In this document: piece after piece, positions 61,242-64,000 of the stretch
How positions within the stretch are numbered: position 1 is the stretch's first letter
How the letters are laid out: the number at the start of each line of letters is the position of its first letter
DNA from: Polyangiaceae bacterium
Lineage (GTDB): Bacteria > Myxococcota_A > Polyangia > Polyangiales > Polyangiaceae
NCBI GenBank assembly: GCA_044376115.1
Contig: JBILLK010000032.1
Location: forward strand, 52,580-116,579
Direction: 5' to 3'
DNA length: 64,000 nt
Notes under the pieces: model-generated
The model's input: the letters and a program-made list of their open reading frames with translations, nothing else
What the model was told of the DNA's origin: nothing
The model's database searches: none
Made by a program: the position numbers and the translations under genes

Positions 61242-61889
61242 ATGAACACCATTCGTATTGCGTTGGCTCTGCTCGCTGGCCTCACTGCCTGTGGTTCGGT
61301 GATTTCCGGACAAACTGGCGAGGGCGGTAGCGCTGGTGAAGGCGGCGCAGCCAGCAGCGGGACGACCACCGGAAACCCCTCCAGCACCAGCTCGGCCAAC
61401 CCTACAGGGGCCGGAACCGCTAGCTGCGAGCAGTATTGCGCCAAAATAGATGAGTGCGACCTCAGCACCTACAGCTCCTGCATCCAGGAATGCGCAATAG
61501 AGCCCGGCTGCGAAGCGCAAGCGGCAGCCATGTTTAACTGCGCAATCAACACCCAATTGGCGAACTGTGACTACAACGATGACCCATGGGCTTGCTACGC
61601 GGAGGGCGACGCCTACGCCTCTTGCGAACAGGAGCTCCCCGCCTGCAGCACGCAAGAGTGCACCGGCGTCGGCACCGAGGATTGCAATTGCATCGGCCAA
61701 TGCGGCGAGTTCCAGGTGGAAGCCCGCTGCTCGCCAGACAACGAGGGCGGCGGCCACCCCGAGGGCTCCGCAGCCTGCAGGTGCTACGTCAACGGAGAAT
61801 TCACTGGCGGCATCTGCTCCCAGCAGCTCGACCAATGCAGCACCGAGCTGGGATGCTGCAAGTGGGACATATTGAACTACCAGCCATAG
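61242..61889 (+). CDS. Cys-rich lipoprotein
   Basis: Lipobox LTAC, Gly/Ser/Thr linker, about 20 Cys in the mature region. Confidence 0.75.
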   Translation: MNTIRIALALLAGLTACGSVISGQTGEGGSAGEGGAASSGTTTGNPSSTSSANPTGAGTASCEQYCAKIDECDLSTYSSCIQECAIEPGCEAQAAAMFNCAINTQLANCDYNDDPWACYAEGDAYASCEQELPACSTQECTGVGTEDCNCIGQCGEFQVEARCSPDNEGGGHPEGSAACRCYVNGEFTGGICSQQLDQCSTELGCCKWDILNYQP

Positions 61890-61985
61890 CTGGGCCTCGG
61901 CTCTACCGAGCAGCCGCAAGGTCGAACGCTACGCTTGAGTAGACGACTGAGCTCAACTAGTGAGGTGGTTTGCGCGCTCAAGCGA

Positions 61986-63008
61986 ATGTCCACTAGCGAT
62001 TTGAACGCAGACCGCTACGCGTGTTCGACCTTCGATCGGAAGGTGAGCTCTGCGTCGGGTACGGCTCGGCGCGCGCTCGGGATTGCGCTCCTCGCGGCGG
62101 TGGGGTGCGCGGGCGCGCCGGCGACGGCTCCGCCCTCCGAGCTCTCGGCGCGCGCTTCCGCCAGCGCCTCTGCGCCCAGCGCCGCCGCAGCGAGCGCGTC
62201 AGCGTCGCCGAGCGCCGCGACTCCCACCGTCCCGCTCGAGGAAGCGTGGGCCTGGGTGCGCACGCATGCGCCGGAGGCCAGCGTCGCGCTCTCGCTCGAA
62301 GCCCCAGAGACGCTGCGCGATCGGCTGCTCGACTGGGCCCCACCCGACGGCAGCCTCCGCGTGTGGGATCTCGCGTGTCGCGAACACCGCTTGACCCGCG
62401 GCGAGCGGACGCTCAGCGGCCCAGCCCACGTGTCGACGCGCATCGAGGGCAACGTCAAGCACGTGCACGAGGACCGCGTGGAGATCGGTTGGGACGTGGT
62501 CTTTGTGTGCGGAGCGGACGCGACCTACACGCGCAGCGGCGGCGTGTGGACCTTGAGCGACTCGAGCGCCTCCGGCTGCATGTCCACCCCCAGCGCGCAC
62601 ATCTCGAAGCTGACCGCAGACGCTGCGTGGTTCGGCGGCAGCACCGTCACGATCAGCCTCCAATGCAAGCGACTGCGCGAGGAGGTGCAGCATTGCCGCG
62701 CAGGCGGTACCCGCACCTGCGCGGTCTGCGACGAGCTCGGCCTCAGCCAGGTCGAAGAGTCCAGCAAGCGCACGTCTGGCCACGTCTCGAGCAAGTCATC
62801 GCACAACATCGACGACGCCGACTGCAGCGCGCCCTGCCCGCCCGACCCGATCGGCGACAAGATCCCCGCGCTGGACAACGCCTTCAAGGACCAGCGCCTC
62901 CTCCTGTCCGACCCCGACGTGCACCCCACCCTCTTTCGCACCCAAGCCGCATGCCAGTCCTATCGCCGGAAGACAAACGTGCCAGCCGACGCGATCCAGA
63001 CCTGGTGA
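61986..63008 (+). CDS. Hypothetical Cys-containing lipoprotein (start uncertain)
   Basis: LLAAVGC lipobox, Ala/Ser linker, many Cys. Confidence 0.6.
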   Translation: MSTSDLNADRYACSTFDRKVSSASGTARRALGIALLAAVGCAGAPATAPPSELSARASASASAPSAAAASASASPSAATPTVPLEEAWAWVRTHAPEASVALSLEAPETLRDRLLDWAPPDGSLRVWDLACREHRLTRGERTLSGPAHVSTRIEGNVKHVHEDRVEIGWDVVFVCGADATYTRSGGVWTLSDSSASGCMSTPSAHISKLTADAAWFGGSTVTISLQCKRLREEVQHCRAGGTRTCAVCDELGLSQVEESSKRTSGHVSSKSSHNIDDADCSAPCPPDPIGDKIPALDNAFKDQRLLLSDPDVHPTLFRTQAACQSYRRKTNVPADAIQTW

Positions 63009-63258
63009 GCCCGGCGGGGGCACCGTTAGCGCCTTCGAGCGCATCGGCGACCCAGCCCGAGAACTGATTTGCCGGGCCTCGGGGAAGGTCGTTCCCTTCG
63101 CTCGCTGCGCGAGCCTCGAGCGCCGCGGCCTCTTGACCAACCTCTTGAGCCACGGAACGAGCGACCCGCGATAGCGCAAGGGTGTCTAAAGGGGCAGACA
63201 GAGCTCGCCCATCGCAGACATCGAACAGGGCGCCCAACGCGGCTTGCGGTTCGCGCTC

Positions 63259-63450
63259 GCGACACATCGCGCGGTCTCACGGTGACAAGGGCCGCAATGT
63301 CGCACTCCACGCTGGGCTGGCGAGCCGCGCGCAACGTTCTTGCGGGAATTCCGCGCAAAACGGCAAGGAGCGGGCATGGTTGCGGCGTCGCGTGGACCTC
63401 GCATGCGACATATCGCGCCGTCTCACGGTGACAAGGGCCGCAATGTCGCA
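63259..63450. repeat. Two 46-bp direct repeats, each an imperfect palindrome (REP-like)
   Basis: GCGACAYATCGCGCSGTCTCACGGTGACAAGGGCCGCAATGTCGCA at 63259-63304 and 63405-63450. Confidence 0.85.
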
Positions 63451-63522
63451 GACGGGCTGCTCGTGAAGATGGGCGCCGATCGCAGTTCTAGCTCCCGGCG
63501 AGCGATAAGCGCCGGTCGCGGC

Positions 63523-63874
63523 TCACGTGTGTTCGAGCCAGATGGAGGCCTCGGACGTCGGTGGGCGTTGCGCGAACCGGCCCCTGCTCCACGCGTCCCG
63601 GCGGAGGAGGAACGAGAGATGGGTTCCGTCGCCGAAATCGAGGTCCGCCGCCTCGTCCTCGTTAAGCTCGATGCACAACCGCATCGCGCGCGCGGCGTCG
63701 GCGAGTTCGTCGGTCAGCCGAGTGCGGCCCGCCGGCGGACGGGCGAACCAGGTCTCCCGCAGCACCTCGTCGAGGTCGAGCGCCGCGCCGATGTACGGGT
63801 CGTTGAAGGCGCTCGCGTAGCCGAGGAGCTGGTGGCCCTCCGGCATGTGGTCGGTCGCCCACATCGAGAGGAAG
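63523..63874 (-). pseudogene. 3' fragment of a DUF1963/YwqG-like gene, interrupted by a probable IS
   Basis: HQLLGY...LCIEL..D....FGDG..LSFLLRRD...GRF matches the YwqG C-terminal pattern; the upstream frame runs into the IS end repeats. Confidence 0.55.
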
Positions 63875-64000
63875 TGCTGAGCGACAGTTACATCTCCCCA
63901 TAAACGACAGTTACATCGCCCCATCCTGAAGCGCGCTGTTGAGCGTCACCCGTGAAGGTCCCGAGAGCGGATTCTTCGTTGGTGAGGACGACGGACGCGC
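63875..64000. mobile_element. Probable IS21-family insertion sequence end (element continues beyond window)
   Basis: Begins TGCTGAG, followed by two 20-bp direct repeats CGACAGTTACATC(T/G)CCCCAT at 63882 and 63905 (23-bp period). Confidence 0.6.

Noticed and set aside
63259..63450. Mini-CRISPR
   Set aside because: Only two repeats, and the 100-bp spacer is too long

Overview
A GC-rich, gene-dense chromosomal window. The gene content (eukaryote-like Ser/Thr kinase, FHA and PP2C proteins, many Cys-containing lipoproteins, a MshEN-REC-TPR protein) suggests Myxococcota, probably Polyangiaceae-like; this taxonomy is inference. It holds about 58 CDS. Recognisable blocks: a methionine cluster (thrA divergent from metY-metA); an ergothioneine cluster (betaine-type ABC transporter-egtB-egtD); a MarR-BKACE-crotonase-carboxyltransferase operon; a (pseudo)kinase/FHA/PP2C signalling locus; thioredoxin-rhodanese-argS; larB-larC; a ctaA-like gene; an NtrC-type regulator-queA-tgt-MshEN/REC/TPR run; bfd-bfr; a sigma-70 factor with a small partner gene; astA, aroE and an acyl-CoA dehydrogenase. 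Non-coding signals: an 8-copy 53-bp structured tandem array (57349-57771), a DnaA-box-like cluster after argS, a Fur-like box over the bfd promoter, two 46-bp palindromic repeats, and a probable IS21-family end at the right edge that truncates a DUF1963-like gene. A CHASE4/CheA-like gene is broken by an in-frame TAG and appears to lack its central domains. I found no rRNA, tRNA or CRISPR array. Family calls come from motif recognition by eye; no database search was run, and several start codons are best guesses.
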